Assembly (NCBI GenBank): GCA_035262325.1
Contig: DATFTB010000100.1
Location: forward strand, 9,340 to 73,339
Direction of reading: 5' to 3'
Length of the DNA stretch: 64,000 nt
Source: Candidatus Acidiferrum sp.
Lineage (GTDB): Bacteria; Acidobacteriota; Terriglobia; Acidiferrales; UBA7541
Shown here piece after piece: positions 29,665-40,415 of this stretch (its first letter is position 1; each line of letters begins with the position of its first letter). Both the position numbers and the translations under genes were made by a program. Below the pieces are notes generated by a model. It saw nothing but the letters and a program-made list of their open reading frames with translations, did no database searches and had not been told where the DNA came from.

Positions 29665-30144
29665 CTGGCAATCTGCAAGTGGCTGGAGCAGACCTGGGTG
29701 GGCTCGAGCGTGCGGGAATCCCTGTGGCTGTTTCCGGTGATCGAGACCGTGCACCTGCTCGGGATGGCCGCGCTCGTTGGGACGATCACCGTTTTTGATT
29801 TGCGCCTGCTCGGGTGGATGATGCGGCGGGAGCGGGTTTCGGAGCTGGCGCGGCGCCTGCTTCCCTGGACCTGGCTGGCATTTCTGGTGCAGGCCGTTAC
29901 CGGCATAACGCTGTTTTTGTCGGAAGCGGCTAAGGTGTATACGAATCCCGCGTTTCGACTGAAGATGGTATTGATACTCTTGGCCGGGCTGCAGGCTCTA
30001 ATTTTTCATAAGATCGTCTATCGAAATGTGGCAACGTGGGACGAAGGCGAAGTTTTGCCCATTGGCGCGAAGGTTTCAGGGCTCGTTTCGCTCTCGTTGT
30101 GGGTCGGCATCGTTGCGGCGGGGCGGTTCATCGGATTCGTGTAA
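29665..30144 (+). CDS. DUF6644-type membrane protein (start codon uncertain)
   Basis: W.FPVIETVHLLG, DLRLLG, TG..LF, NPAFRLKM, SL.LW...AGR.IGF; homologous-looking sequence starts upstream of the first GTG (29698). Confidence 0.78.
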   Translation: MAICKWLEQTWVGSSVRESLWLFPVIETVHLLGMAALVGTITVFDLRLLGWMMRRERVSELARRLLPWTWLAFLVQAVTGITLFLSEAAKVYTNPAFRLKMVLILLAGLQALIFHKIVYRNVATWDEGEVLPIGAKVSGLVSLSLWVGIVAAGRFIGFV

Positions 30145-30404
30145 CTTGCAGCTGGAAGGACCCTGCGCCGGGCCAGTCGCTTTATGGTCGCTGATAGACT
30201 TCCGCATGATGCGAGCGCCCTGCCCAAGCACAACCTGTCAAGAGCGACAGTTACGGCTTCCCCGATGCGCGGAGTTACCTTATCGGAACGGAAGGTCGCG
30301 GGGCTCTGTTCCATGAGAGCCTCTCGGGTTCTGGTATTGCATTTCTGAAATGAAGAACTTAGTGTTAGCAGGCGTTCAGGGCTTCAGCAGGCGAAGGGAT
30401 TTAT

Positions 30405-30755
30405 ATGCCGCCGTCGAAGGCAACGTTCCGGGATGTTGGCGCGGTCACGATTGTTGACCTTAGCGGCATGTTCATGCTTGGCGAATCGAGCGGGGTCCTC
30501 CGCAAGGCCATCCTCGATTTAATTGGCAAGCGTCAAGGCAAAATCGTTCTCAATTTCCGAGAGGTGACCGCGATCGACAGCGCCGGTGTCGGCGAACTCG
30601 TTGCGGCCTACGCTGAGATCCGGCGCATCGCAGGTCGCCTAAGACTTTTGAACCCGCCAAAGAAGGTCTGCGAGATGCTGGAACTCACCCAACTCTCAAA
30701 GGTATTTCAGGTGTACGCGGACGAGCAGTCCGCACTTCGCAGCTTTGACCAATAA
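30405..30755 (+). CDS. STAS domain anti-sigma factor antagonist
   Basis: IDSAGVGEL with the phosphorylatable Ser; 116 aa. Confidence 0.92.
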   Translation: MPPSKATFRDVGAVTIVDLSGMFMLGESSGVLRKAILDLIGKRQGKIVLNFREVTAIDSAGVGELVAAYAEIRRIAGRLRLLNPPKKVCEMLELTQLSKVFQVYADEQSALRSFDQ

Positions 30756-30820
30756 GCCGGGCTCCTCACTTTCCCGCTGAGTCAGGACGAACCGGAACAA
30801 CAAGGCCAGGGGGACCGATT

Positions 30821-33800
30821 GTGAGCAACAACGCAACTAAATTCTCGCCGGGGACCGACGAGTCCTTCCGGTGGATCTTCGAAAATGCCCAGATCGCCAT
30901 TGGAATCTTGAACATTCGGACCGGGGAGCACTTCTCGAACCGCGCCGTGGAGGAGATGCTGGGCTACAGTGAAGCGGAACTCCGCCGAGTCGAGCAATGG
31001 GACGAGATTGTTCACCCCGACGAGCGTGCCTCCGGCGCGAAGCGATACGCTGACCTGATCGAAGGGAAGCGCGATCACGACGAATGGGAGCAGCGCTTCA
31101 TCCGGCGCGATGGCCAGATCGTCATCACGAAAGGAAGGTTCAAGCTAATCCGGGACGCCACCGGAAAGCCGGCCTACGTCGTTACGCTAAACGAAGACAT
31201 CACCGATCGCAGACTTGCCGAGGCGGACAGAGCCCGGGTAACCAAACAGATGCAACTCCTGCTTGATTCCACAGGCCAGGGCGTTTATGGCCTGGACCTC
31301 GAGGGAAACTGCACGTTCATCAACCGGGCGACCTGCGAAATGATTGGATACCGGCCCGAAGAAGTCCTGGGTCGCAACATGCATGCACTGGCGCATCACC
31401 ACAAGCCGGATGGTTCGCCTTACCCGGCCGAAGAGTGTCCCGTTTACGAAGCGATCAGGAGGGGAAAGGGTTGCCGCCTCGAGGAGGAAATACTATGGCG
31501 GCGCGACGGAACCGCGATTCCGGTCGAGTACTCTTCGTTCCCGGTGCTGGAAGAAGGAAGCATCAAAGGCGTGGTCGTGACGGTATCGGACATCACCGAG
31601 CGCAAGCGCGCGAAGGAAGCCTTACAGTCGAGCGAGCGGCTTTTCCGTTCTATCTTCGAGAACAGTCAGATCGGGATCAGTTTCTTCAACATCGATGGCC
31701 AAGCGGTTTTTACAAACCGCGCGTTTCAAGAGATGCTGGGTTACACCGAGCAAGAGCTGAGCCGGCTGGAGAAGTGGGACGAAATCATTCACCCCGAGGA
31801 GCGCCTCGCGGGGGCGGCACGATACGGCCAACTCGTTCAGGGGAAACGGGAAAAGGATGAATGGGAGCAGCGCTTTGTCCGCCGCGACGGCCGCCCCGTT
31901 GTTGTGAACGCGCGATTTTCGCTGATTAGAGACGCCGCCGGAAGGCCGCAGTCCGTGGCCTCGCTCACAGAAGACATCACCGAGAAAAAACAGGCCGAGG
32001 AGAAATTGAGAGAACGCGAGCAACTCTTTCGCTCGATTTTCGAAGGAACACAGGTCGGGATCGGCGTTTATAAGATTGACACTAACGAACATTTCTCGAA
32101 TCGCGCACTTCACGAAATGCTGGACTACACCGGAGAAGAGCTGAACCGACTGGAGCAATGGGACGCCATTGTCCCCGAGGAGGATCGTGACGCCTGCGCT
32201 CGGCGATATGCGGAACTCGTGGAGGGGAAGCGGGAAACGGATGAATACCAACAACGCTTCATTCGCCGGGACGGCCGCATCGTCCTTGGTAACGGGAAGT
32301 TTCAATTGCTCCGCGATGCAGCCGGAAAGCCTCAATGCATTGTCGGTCTAACGGAAGACATCACGGAACGCACGCGTGCAAAGGACATTTTGCAGGCAAG
32401 CGAGCAACTGTTCCGTTCGGTTTTCGAGAACGCCCAGATCGGCATCAGTATTTTTGATGCGGCAACGAGGGAGTTTCACACGAACAACGCATTGCACGAG
32501 ATGCTGGGTTGCACCCGGGAAGACCTGAGTTCGCTCGAGAAATGGGACCTCATCGTGCACCCGGAGGAACGTGTCTCTGGAGCCCGGAGGTATGCACAAC
32601 TCGTTGCCGGTGAGCGAGACTCTGATGCTTGGGAGCAGAGATTCGTTCGCCGCGACGGTCATCTGGTCGTTGCGAACGGACGGTTTTCCGTCATCCGGGA
32701 CGGTGCAGGAAAGCCTCACTACATTCTAAATCTGTCGGAGGACATCACCGAACGAAAGCGTGCCGAGGAAGCCCGAAACCGGGCTACGCAGCAGATGCAG
32801 CTGATTCTGGAATCCACCGGCCAGGGCATCTACGGCATCGATCTGCAAGGTAATTGCGCGTTTATCAACCGTGCCACCTGCGAAATGATTGGCTATCGAC
32901 CGCAAGAGTTGCTCGGTCGAAACCTGCATGACCTCGTGCATCACCACAAGCCTGACGGCTCGCCCTACCCGGTGGATGAATGCCCAATCTACAGGGCGTT
33001 CCGCAGGGGCGAAGGTTGCCGCGTGGACGCGGAAGTCATGTGGCGGCGAGACGGGACCCCGATTCCCGTTGAATATTACTCCTTTCCCATCATCGAGGAC
33101 GGAAAAGTCACCGGAGCCGTCGTCACCGTGTCGGACATCACCGAGCGCAAGGCTGCGGAAGATCTCTTGCACAAGCGCGACGAGGAACTCAGGCGCGCCA
33201 ACTTCCTCGCGGAGACCGCACTTGAGCTCACGAGGGCTGGTTACTGGCATGTGCCACTGGACGGCTCGGGGATGTATAACTCTTCGCCTCGCAGGGTCGC
33301 CGTCTTCGGCGACGTCCCGCGTCCGGATTACCGTTATCGGCTCGATGAAATGTTCACTCACGCCGGGGAGGGCGATGCGGCGGCGGCCAAGGCCGCGCGA
33401 GCTGCGTTTAACGCCGCTGTCGAGGGCAAGAGCAACACCTACAACACGGTGTTTGCCTATAAACGTCCGATCGACGGCCGCGTTATGTGGGTCCATGCAC
33501 TCGGACATGTCGTCAAGGATTCTGCGGGGAGGCCCACCGATGTGTACGGCGTCTCGCAGGATATTACAGAGTTCAAGCGACTGGAGGCGGAGTTGCTCCG
33601 TGCCAAGGAAGCAGCCGAAACCGCCACGAAGGCGAAGTCGGACTTCCTGGCTAACATGAGTCACGAGATCCGAACCCCGATGAACGCGGTGCTCGGAATG
33701 ACGCATCTCGCTCTCAAAACCGATTTGACGCCCAAGCAACGCGATTACCTGACAAAGGCCAAGGCTGCCGCCGAAGCGCTACTGGGTATCATCAACGACA

Positions 33801-35851
33801 TCCTCGACTTTTCGAAAATTGAAGCCGGCAAGCTCACCATGGAACAAACGGAATTCCGCCTGGAAAGTGTGCTCGATAATCTTTCCGGGGTGGTGAGCCA
33901 GAAGACTCACGAGAAAAACCTGGAGTTTCTCGTTGCTGCTCAGCCGGACCTGCCGCCGGCCCTTGTTGGTGATCCTCTCCGCCTCGGCCAGATATTGATT
34001 AACCTCGTGAATAATGCAGTGAAATTTACGGAACGCGGCGAAATTGTCGTTACGGTCAGGCTCGAAGAGAGTGTGTCGGACCGCGTCAAACTGAAGTTCA
34101 TGGTGCGCGACAGCGGCATCGGGATGGCGCCTGAGCAGACGGCGCGCCTCTTCCAAGCCTTCAGTCAGGCCGATAGCTCTACCACCCGAAAGTACGGGGG
34201 CACGGGCCTTGGCCTTTCCATCTCGAAACGTCTGGTGGAGATGATGGAAGGCAACATCTGGGCCGAAAGCGAGCCCGGCCGCGGTAGCACATTTTGCTTC
34301 ACGGCTTGGTTTGGCCTGGGATCGGCTGACAAGCGCAAGAAAAGCTTGCCGGCCGCTTTGGCCGGCATCCGGGTCCTGGTTGTCGACGACAATGTGGTGG
34401 CTTGCGAAGTCCTCACAGACATGCTCAGACAGTTCACATTGCGAGTCGATTGCGTTTCGTCGGGCGGCGATGCCTTGCGGGAACTGGCAAAGGCCGATAC
34501 GGACGACCCCTACCGACTGGTTCTGATGGACTGGCAGATGCCGGGATGGGACGGCATGGAAACCAGCCGAAAGATCAAACACAGCGGTAACCTCGAGAAC
34601 CTTCCCAAGATCGTGATGATCACCGGATTCGGCCGGGAAGACATTCGCCTGCAGGCCCAGGAGAACGAAATCGAAGGCTTTCTGCAGAAGCCGATTACCC
34701 CCTCCGTTCTGTTGGACACGTTGATGAATCTCTTCGGCATCGTTGCCGAAGAAAAAGCAATGCCGGCGGCGACAAGACGAGATCGCGATTTGCCAGCTGT
34801 CCAGGGCGTCCGGGTTTTGCTGGTTGAAGACAACGAGGTGAACCAGCAGGTCGCAACGGAATTGCTCGAGAGTGAAGGGGCGAATGTTACCATCGCGAAT
34901 CACGGCGCGGAAGCCGTCAAGCTCCTCACCCAAGGCAACCAGCCGCCTCCATTCGACGTGGTGCTTATGGATCTGCAGATGCCCGAAATGGATGGGCTAA
35001 CCGCGACTAGACTTCTGCGAGCCGAAGCCGGTCTCCAGCACCTTCCTATCATTGCCATGACCGCTCATGCCTTGGCCGAAGAGGTCGAACGCTGCCTGGA
35101 AGCGGGAATGAATGATCATGTCGCGAAGCCCATTGATCCCGGAACATTCTTCGCCACCCTTGGCCGTTGGACCAGAGCACACCAACGGGAGGAAGCCGGC
35201 GGCCGCTCGCGGGTCGCGAATGAAGGGAGCGAACCTGCCGTCCCGGAGATTGAGGGAATCGACGTCGCGAGCGGCCTCGAGCGGATGGCCGGAAACAAGC
35301 GCTTGTACCGCGATTTATTGACCCAGTTCGTCGCCAAACAGCAGTCGGTCGGTAACAGAATCGCAGAAGCCCTCGAGAACGGCGACCGCCACCAGGCAGA
35401 ACGTCTGGCGCACTCCCTGAAGGGTGCAGCTGGAAACCTGGGGATCAACCAGATCTTCCGTTCGGCCGGGAATTTGGAAAAAGCGATTCGCGAGTCCGAG
35501 ACGGGGATTGCGGACCTCCTCAAAGACCTTCGCTCGGCCATGGACCGGCAAATCCGGACCATCCAGACGGCCCTGGCGGTGAATGGAACGGATCGCATGA
35601 GTCCGTCCGGCGCGCGACCGGCCGAGGCCCGGCAAGCCCTGACGGCCATAGCCCGTCTCAAGGAATTGCTCGAAGCGAGCGACGCGGATGCCTGCGAGGC
35701 TTATCGAAACCTGGCCGTTCTCCTGAGGGGCATTGTCGACGCGTCGCAACTCGAGAAGCTAGGAGCGGCGGTCGAAAGCTTCGATTTCGACGCAGCTCTG
35801 AGCAGGCTCGGCGAAGTCGTAAAGGAATTTGGGGAGAAGGAGTCGGAATGA
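30821..35851 (+). CDS. cytoplasmic hybrid histidine kinase: 7 PAS - HisKA - HATPase - 2 REC - Hpt
   Basis: Seven PAS/PAC units ending DITE/DITD; [14 protein letters not shown]; GGTGLGLSI; two receivers (LMDWQMP, LMDLQMP); [12 protein letters not shown]. Confidence 0.95.
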   Translation: MSNNATKFSPGTDESFRWIFENAQIAIGILNIRTGEHFSNRAVEEMLGYSEAELRRVEQWDEIVHPDERASGAKRYADLIEGKRDHDEWEQRFIRRDGQIVITKGRFKLIRDATGKPAYVVTLNEDITDRRLAEADRARVTKQMQLLLDSTGQGVYGLDLEGNCTFINRATCEMIGYRPEEVLGRNMHALAHHHKPDGSPYPAEECPVYEAIRRGKGCRLEEEILWRRDGTAIPVEYSSFPVLEEGSIKGVVVTVSDITERKRAKEALQSSERLFRSIFENSQIGISFFNIDGQAVFTNRAFQEMLGYTEQELSRLEKWDEIIHPEERLAGAARYGQLVQGKREKDEWEQRFVRRDGRPVVVNARFSLIRDAAGRPQSVASLTEDITEKKQAEEKLREREQLFRSIFEGTQVGIGVYKIDTNEHFSNRALHEMLDYTGEELNRLEQWDAIVPEEDRDACARRYAELVEGKRETDEYQQRFIRRDGRIVLGNGKFQLLRDAAGKPQCIVGLTEDITERTRAKDILQASEQLFRSVFENAQIGISIFDAATREFHTNNALHEMLGCTREDLSSLEKWDLIVHPEERVSGARRYAQLVAGERDSDAWEQRFVRRDGHLVVANGRFSVIRDGAGKPHYILNLSEDITERKRAEEARNRATQQMQLILESTGQGIYGIDLQGNCAFINRATCEMIGYRPQELLGRNLHDLVHHHKPDGSPYPVDECPIYRAFRRGEGCRVDAEVMWRRDGTPIPVEYYSFPIIEDGKVTGAVVTVSDITERKAAEDLLHKRDEELRRANFLAETALELTRAGYWHVPLDGSGMYNSSPRRVAVFGDVPRPDYRYRLDEMFTHAGEGDAAAAKAARAAFNAAVEGKSNTYNTVFAYKRPIDGRVMWVHALGHVVKDSAGRPTDVYGVSQDITEFKRLEAELLRAKEAAETATKAKSDFLANMSHEIRTPMNAVLGMTHLALKTDLTPKQRDYLTKAKAAAEALLGIINDILDFSKIEAGKLTMEQTEFRLESVLDNLSGVVSQKTHEKNLEFLVAAQPDLPPALVGDPLRLGQILINLVNNAVKFTERGEIVVTVRLEESVSDRVKLKFMVRDSGIGMAPEQTARLFQAFSQADSSTTRKYGGTGLGLSISKRLVEMMEGNIWAESEPGRGSTFCFTAWFGLGSADKRKKSLPAALAGIRVLVVDDNVVACEVLTDMLRQFTLRVDCVSSGGDALRELAKADTDDPYRLVLMDWQMPGWDGMETSRKIKHSGNLENLPKIVMITGFGREDIRLQAQENEIEGFLQKPITPSVLLDTLMNLFGIVAEEKAMPAATRRDRDLPAVQGVRVLLVEDNEVNQQVATELLESEGANVTIANHGAEAVKLLTQGNQPPPFDVVLMDLQMPEMDGLTATRLLRAEAGLQHLPIIAMTAHALAEEVERCLEAGMNDHVAKPIDPGTFFATLGRWTRAHQREEAGGRSRVANEGSEPAVPEIEGIDVASGLERMAGNKRLYRDLLTQFVAKQQSVGNRIAEALENGDRHQAERLAHSLKGAAGNLGINQIFRSAGNLEKAIRESETGIADLLKDLRSAMDRQIRTIQTALAVNGTDRMSPSGARPAEARQALTAIARLKELLEASDADACEAYRNLAVLLRGIVDASQLEKLGAAVESFDFDAALSRLGEVVKEFGEKESE

Positions 35852-37005
35852 CCAGCGCTGCCGATAAAAAGCTCCTGCTCCTGGTCGACGACGATTCGGA
35901 AAATATCCAGGTGGTTCATTCCATCCTGAAAGACCGTTACAAGCTCCGAGTGGCAACGAACGGAGCGAAAGCTTTGGAGTTGGCAAAGGTTGAGCCCCTT
36001 CCTGATCTAATCCTGCTCGACGTGATGATGCCGCAGATGGACGGTTACGAAGCCTGTGGCCTTTTGAAGGCCGACCAGAGAACGCGAGATATACCAGTTA
36101 TTTTTCTGACCGGGAAAACCGAAGTCGCCGACGAGACCCGCGGGTTCGAAGTCGGCGCGGTCGATTACATCCACAAGCCGTTTTCGCCGCCGATCGTGAC
36201 GGCTCGCGTCAGAAACCACCTGATGCTGCGCGATGCGCACGAGACTGTTGCACGCCAACTAGTGGCGATAAACAGCGAACTGGAAATGGCACGGCAGATT
36301 CAGTTGTCGATCCTGCCCCGCCAGACTCCTCAACTTCCCGGCCTCGCGATCGAGGCCCGCTACCTTCCCATGAGCTCGGTTGCCGGCGACTTTTACGATT
36401 TTCTGATGATCGATGAAAAGCATCTGGGCATCTTGATCGCTGATGTCTCCGGTCACGGGCTCCCGTCGGCGCTGATCGCTTCCATGCTGCAGACTGCTTT
36501 CGCGGCACAAGGGCCAAACGCGTCCGACCCGGCTCGAGTTTTGTCAGGATTGAACAAGGCGCTAAGCGGAAAGTTCAGGAGCGATTATGTAACCGCCGCC
36601 TACCTGTTCGTCGACATGGAGAAGTGCACGGTGGACTATGGCGGCGCGGCGCATCCGCCACTTCTGCGATGGTGCTCCGAGACTGGGAGCACCGCCGAGT
36701 GTGTCCAAAACGGCTTGATGCTCGGTCCGTTCCCGGACCCGCCTTATTCGGCAACCACTTTCTCGCTCAACGACGGAGACAGAATTGTTCTGATCACGGA
36801 CGGGATCATCGAGGCTACGGATTCCGCGGGCAACGACTTCGGGATGGAGCGTCTGCGGCAGATTGTCGATTCGAACCATGCTCTACCGGTAAATCGTTTT
36901 GCCGATGCCGTGCTGGGCGAACTCGCACGTTGGTCGGAAGAGGCGATTGGGGCACGCCAGTCGGACGACATCACGCTCCTGGCCATCGATTTTAGTCGCC
37001 CGTAG
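35848..37005 (+). CDS. response regulator with PP2C/SpoIIE phosphatase domain (RsbU/RsbP-like)
   Basis: LLDVMMP receiver; AGDFYD, DVSGHG, TDG, DDIT; ATGA overlap with the kinase. Confidence 0.94.
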   Translation: MTSAADKKLLLLVDDDSENIQVVHSILKDRYKLRVATNGAKALELAKVEPLPDLILLDVMMPQMDGYEACGLLKADQRTRDIPVIFLTGKTEVADETRGFEVGAVDYIHKPFSPPIVTARVRNHLMLRDAHETVARQLVAINSELEMARQIQLSILPRQTPQLPGLAIEARYLPMSSVAGDFYDFLMIDEKHLGILIADVSGHGLPSALIASMLQTAFAAQGPNASDPARVLSGLNKALSGKFRSDYVTAAYLFVDMEKCTVDYGGAAHPPLLRWCSETGSTAECVQNGLMLGPFPDPPYSATTFSLNDGDRIVLITDGIIEATDSAGNDFGMERLRQIVDSNHALPVNRFADAVLGELARWSEEAIGARQSDDITLLAIDFSRP

Positions 37006-37240
37006 CCACTTTATCGAACGGCTGCTTCTTCCGGTAAGTGAGGGAACGCCATACCCACTGAAGAGGACCGCAGCGGGAGTGGCAGAGCCAGACGGGACTG
37101 ACGGCGAGAACCAGCGTCCAGACGAAAAGCACGATTCCATAAAGCCGGTAGCGCTCGAGCTTGCCGAAAGTCCGAAGCCATTGCCTTCGCAGATAGTCGT
37201 AGAGTTGAGAGAAGTGAGACTGTGGTTGGACGCCCGGCAG
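36992..37240 (-). pseudogene. frameshifted C-terminal remnant of a DUF418 (YeiB-like) membrane protein
   Basis: One frame gives ASNHSLTSLNSTTICEGNGFGL, the adjacent frame FGKLERYRLYGIV...WLCHSRCGPLQWVWRSLTY; no N-terminus. Confidence 0.7.
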
Positions 37241-37359
37241 CCGGAATTGAGTTTGCGCGTTGGGCAACTGCTTCGATACTCCCTAACCTTTGCACTCTGT
37301 TTTGACTTATAACTGAACATTGAAATCTGGCTCCTGGCCCAGCCAAACAGGAACGATTT

Positions 37360-38493
37360 GTGACCCCGGACAGAATAAAGCGATTGCGCGTAGGCGTACT
37401 TTTCGGCGGACGATCCGGTGAACATGAAGTCTCGCTCGCGTCTGCCGCCTCGGTGATTCGAGGTCTCGACCCCGATCAGTACGAGGCCGTCCCGATTGGC
37501 ATCACCAAAGATGGTCACTGGTTGGTCGGTGAAGGCGCGGTAAAAATGCTTCCTGAGGTTCTGAAGGGCGGGCGGAGAGTTATGCTCACTGCCGACCCGA
37601 CGGAAGCAGCACTCGTGCCCCTGGACCGGGGTGCGGGTGCGCAGCGGCTGGACGTGATTTTTCCCGTGATGCACGGCACCTTCGGCGAAGACGGCACCAT
37701 TCAAGGCATGCTCGAACTTGCGGGCCTTCCCTACGTCGGTGCCGGCGTCCTCGGCTCGGCAATCGGCATGGATAAGGACGTTTCGAAGCGGCTTTGTAAG
37801 GAAGCCGGCATTCCCGTCGTGCCCTGGGTGACGATTCACCGATGGGCCTGGGAGAAAGAGCCGGAAGCCGTCAGGGCTCAAATCGAAGGGAAATTCGAAT
37901 ATCCGGTTTTCGTGAAGCCCGCGACACTCGGCTCATCGGTTGGAATGAGCAAGGTGCACAGCGCGGAGGAACTCGCGCCGGCGCTAAATCTGGCCTGCGA
38001 GTACGGATTGAAGATCCTGGTCGAAAAGGCGGTGACGGGGCGCGAAATCGAGGTCTCTGTGCTGGGAAATCACGAGCCGCAATCCTCCGTCCCGGGCGAG
38101 ATCGTGCCGCATCGCGAGTTCTATGATTACGCCGCCAAATACCTTGAGGACGGCACGCAGCTGATTATCCCCGCGGCCCTAAAGCCATCTCAGGTCGCAA
38201 AAATCCAGTCTCTCGCAATCAAAGCCTTTCGCACGTTGGAGCTCTCGGGTATGGCTCGTGTCGACTTCTTTCTCGAAAAAAAGGGGGGTAAGCTTTATCT
38301 GAACGAGGCGAACACCATCCCCGGCTTCACCTCGATCAGCATGTATCCAAAATTGTGGGAAGCGAGCGGGATTTCCTTCCGCGAATTGATCGGCAAACTG
38401 ATCGATCTTGCTTTCGAAATGCACAACGAGAAAACGCGCACAAAATACGCCATCGAACTCCCCGAAGGCTCTGGGGGGGCGCTCACCGGTTAG
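37360..38493 (+). CDS. ddl: D-alanine--D-alanine ligase
   Basis: FGGRSGEHEVS, HGTFGEDG, GSSVG, NEANTIPGFT..SMYP. Confidence 0.96.
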   Translation: MTPDRIKRLRVGVLFGGRSGEHEVSLASAASVIRGLDPDQYEAVPIGITKDGHWLVGEGAVKMLPEVLKGGRRVMLTADPTEAALVPLDRGAGAQRLDVIFPVMHGTFGEDGTIQGMLELAGLPYVGAGVLGSAIGMDKDVSKRLCKEAGIPVVPWVTIHRWAWEKEPEAVRAQIEGKFEYPVFVKPATLGSSVGMSKVHSAEELAPALNLACEYGLKILVEKAVTGREIEVSVLGNHEPQSSVPGEIVPHREFYDYAAKYLEDGTQLIIPAALKPSQVAKIQSLAIKAFRTLELSGMARVDFFLEKKGGKLYLNEANTIPGFTSISMYPKLWEASGISFRELIGKLIDLAFEMHNEKTRTKYAIELPEGSGGALTG

Positions 38494-38649
38494 CCCGTCC
38501 GCGGCCGCCTCGGCCGTTCCCGATGGAAACATTTTGTGAAGGCGTGCTGTCCAATTGATAGTGAGGTTTGCGGCCAGACGTTTCTCCTGATAGAGTTTTT
38601 GCTGGCGACAAGAACAGAGCGTGGAAGCACCTCGATATCGCCATAAACG

Positions 38650-39105
38650 ATGAGCGAAAGAATTTCACTTCTGGAACCGGGTGTCGAAAAGAAGGAAAAG
38701 TCGCACATCCTTGCCTTCACGGTCGGCGCGGTCATCATTGCGCTGGCGGTCATCGTTTGGTTGACATTTCGCTACTATCCCGAAAAGAAAGCTGCCACAG
38801 AGTTTTTCGACGCACTCGTGGCGGGCAACACCGACAAGGCCTACGCGCTCTGGAAACCCACAGGCAGTTACAAATTGGGCGATTTTCTGGCGGATTGGGG
38901 CCCCACCGGCTATTACGGCCCGATAAAAAGCTACAAAATTATGGACGCGCGCGCACCCAAGAAGAGCGATTCGATCGCCGTAAACGTGGCGATCAGTCCC
39001 TATGCGCCAATGCCCGAGTCCAACGACGCGGAAAAGAGCAGCAAAACGAGAGTCGTCACGCTCTGGATCTCGCCCTCGGACAAATCGTTTAGTTTTCCGC
39101 CGTAA
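38650..39105 (+). CDS. membrane-anchored hypothetical protein (possibly NTF2-like fold)
   Basis: One N-terminal TM helix, then EFFDALVAGNTDKAYALW. Confidence 0.75.
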   Translation: MSERISLLEPGVEKKEKSHILAFTVGAVIIALAVIVWLTFRYYPEKKAATEFFDALVAGNTDKAYALWKPTGSYKLGDFLADWGPTGYYGPIKSYKIMDARAPKKSDSIAVNVAISPYAPMPESNDAEKSSKTRVVTLWISPSDKSFSFPP

Positions 39106-39131
39106 GCAGGAATCCACGAGTCCGGCGTCGC

Positions 39132-40226
39132 CTAAAGATGGAATTCGTCGAGGGCCGCTCGAAGCTCGCTTGGAGTAACGTTGGCGGTGCCGAGCTTACC
39201 GACGACGACGCCGGCAGCGGTGTTGGCCAGAAGGGCGGCATCAGGAAGAAACGCTCCTGCGGCCATGGCCAGCGACAGAACGCTCAAAACCGTGTCACCC
39301 GCTCCCGTCACGTCGAACACCTGGCGGCCGGTGGTGCCCCGTTCGACACCCGGCTGCCCGACTCGCGCGTAGGTCACCTCGAAACTTGTCGCGGGAATGT
39401 GCAAGCAGTGTGGCGCGGCTTCTTCGAAGATGCTCATGCCCTTCTCGCCGCGCGTGATGACCACGGCGGCGCAGCCAAAATGAGGAAGCAAGGCGCGGCC
39501 CGCCTCCTCGACCGATTTTTCGTCCAGGAGCGAGCGCGTTACGTAAAATCCGGCTTCTTTGGTGTTGCAGACAATCACCCGGGCACCACGATACGCATAA
39601 AGCCGTGTCGTCTTCGGCTTCACGAAGACGGGTACCTCGAACTGATGACAGGCGTTCAAAATGCGGTCTGCAAACGAATCGCTGATCAGACCCTTGTCAT
39701 AGTCGGACAAAATCAGCGCGTCGATCCCCTTCAGCGAAGCCAGGAGCGCGCGGAACAGGATTTCTTCGGCTTCGGGTGGCAGCGCTTCACGGCGCTCATG
39801 ATCAATACGAACAATCTGCTGGTGGCGCGCGATTACTCTTGTTTTGACGGTCGTAATGCGGCGCGCAACGGCGAGTACGCCACGATCTCCAATCTCTGCC
39901 TCTCTGAGGCAGGCTCGCAGCGCTGAACCGGTTGCATCGTCAGCGGTGTTTTTTCCCGCGCGCCTTTGGCCGCCGACGACGCCGAAGAGCTCCACATGGG
40001 CGCCAAGCGCGGTCAGATTGGCGGCTACGTTTCCCGCACCGCCCAAACGATCGGTTTGTGACTCAAAGTCCACGACGGGGACTGCTGCTTCGGGAGAAAG
40101 ACGATTGGCCATGCCCCACAAGTAGCGGTCGAGCATGAGATCGCCAAGTACCGCGATGCGCGTCTTGCGAAAGCGCGGCAGCAACCGCCTAAGCCGGGGA
40201 ATGGAGCTGAGAGACTCGGCCTTCAT
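39132..40226 (-). CDS. rfaE1: D-glycero-D-manno-heptose-7-phosphate kinase (HldA/RfaE domain I, PfkB family)
   Basis: GDLMLDRY, RLSPEAAVPV, GGAGNVA, SDYDKG, DVTGAGDT, VVGKLGT. Confidence 0.9.
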   Translation of the reverse strand: MKAESLSSIPRLRRLLPRFRKTRIAVLGDLMLDRYLWGMANRLSPEAAVPVVDFESQTDRLGGAGNVAANLTALGAHVELFGVVGGQRRAGKNTADDATGSALRACLREAEIGDRGVLAVARRITTVKTRVIARHQQIVRIDHERREALPPEAEEILFRALLASLKGIDALILSDYDKGLISDSFADRILNACHQFEVPVFVKPKTTRLYAYRGARVIVCNTKEAGFYVTRSLLDEKSVEEAGRALLPHFGCAAVVITRGEKGMSIFEEAAPHCLHIPATSFEVTYARVGQPGVERGTTGRQVFDVTGAGDTVLSVLSLAMAAGAFLPDAALLANTAAGVVVGKLGTANVTPSELRAALDEFHL

Positions 40227-40241
40227 GGGCGGTTCGGCCGA

Positions 40242-40415
40242 TTATTCGGCAACAATCTTCGCTTCTTCCGCCATCATCACGGGGATTTCGTCCCGAATCG
40301 GATAAACGCGCTTGCAAGCCTCGCATTTGAACCCCGAATTGTCGGGGAGGGGCCGTACGGGTTCTTTGCAAACGGGGCAGGCGAGAATCGCAAGCAGTCG
40401 TTCAGGAATCAGCAT
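40242..40415 (-). CDS. Trm112/YcaR family protein (57 aa, missing from the ORF track)
   Basis: Hand translation MLIPERLLAILACPVCKEPVRPLPDNSGFKCEACKRVYPIRDEIPVMMAEEAKIVAE*. Confidence 0.9.
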   Translation of the reverse strand: MLIPERLLAILACPVCKEPVRPLPDNSGFKCEACKRVYPIRDEIPVMMAEEAKIVAE

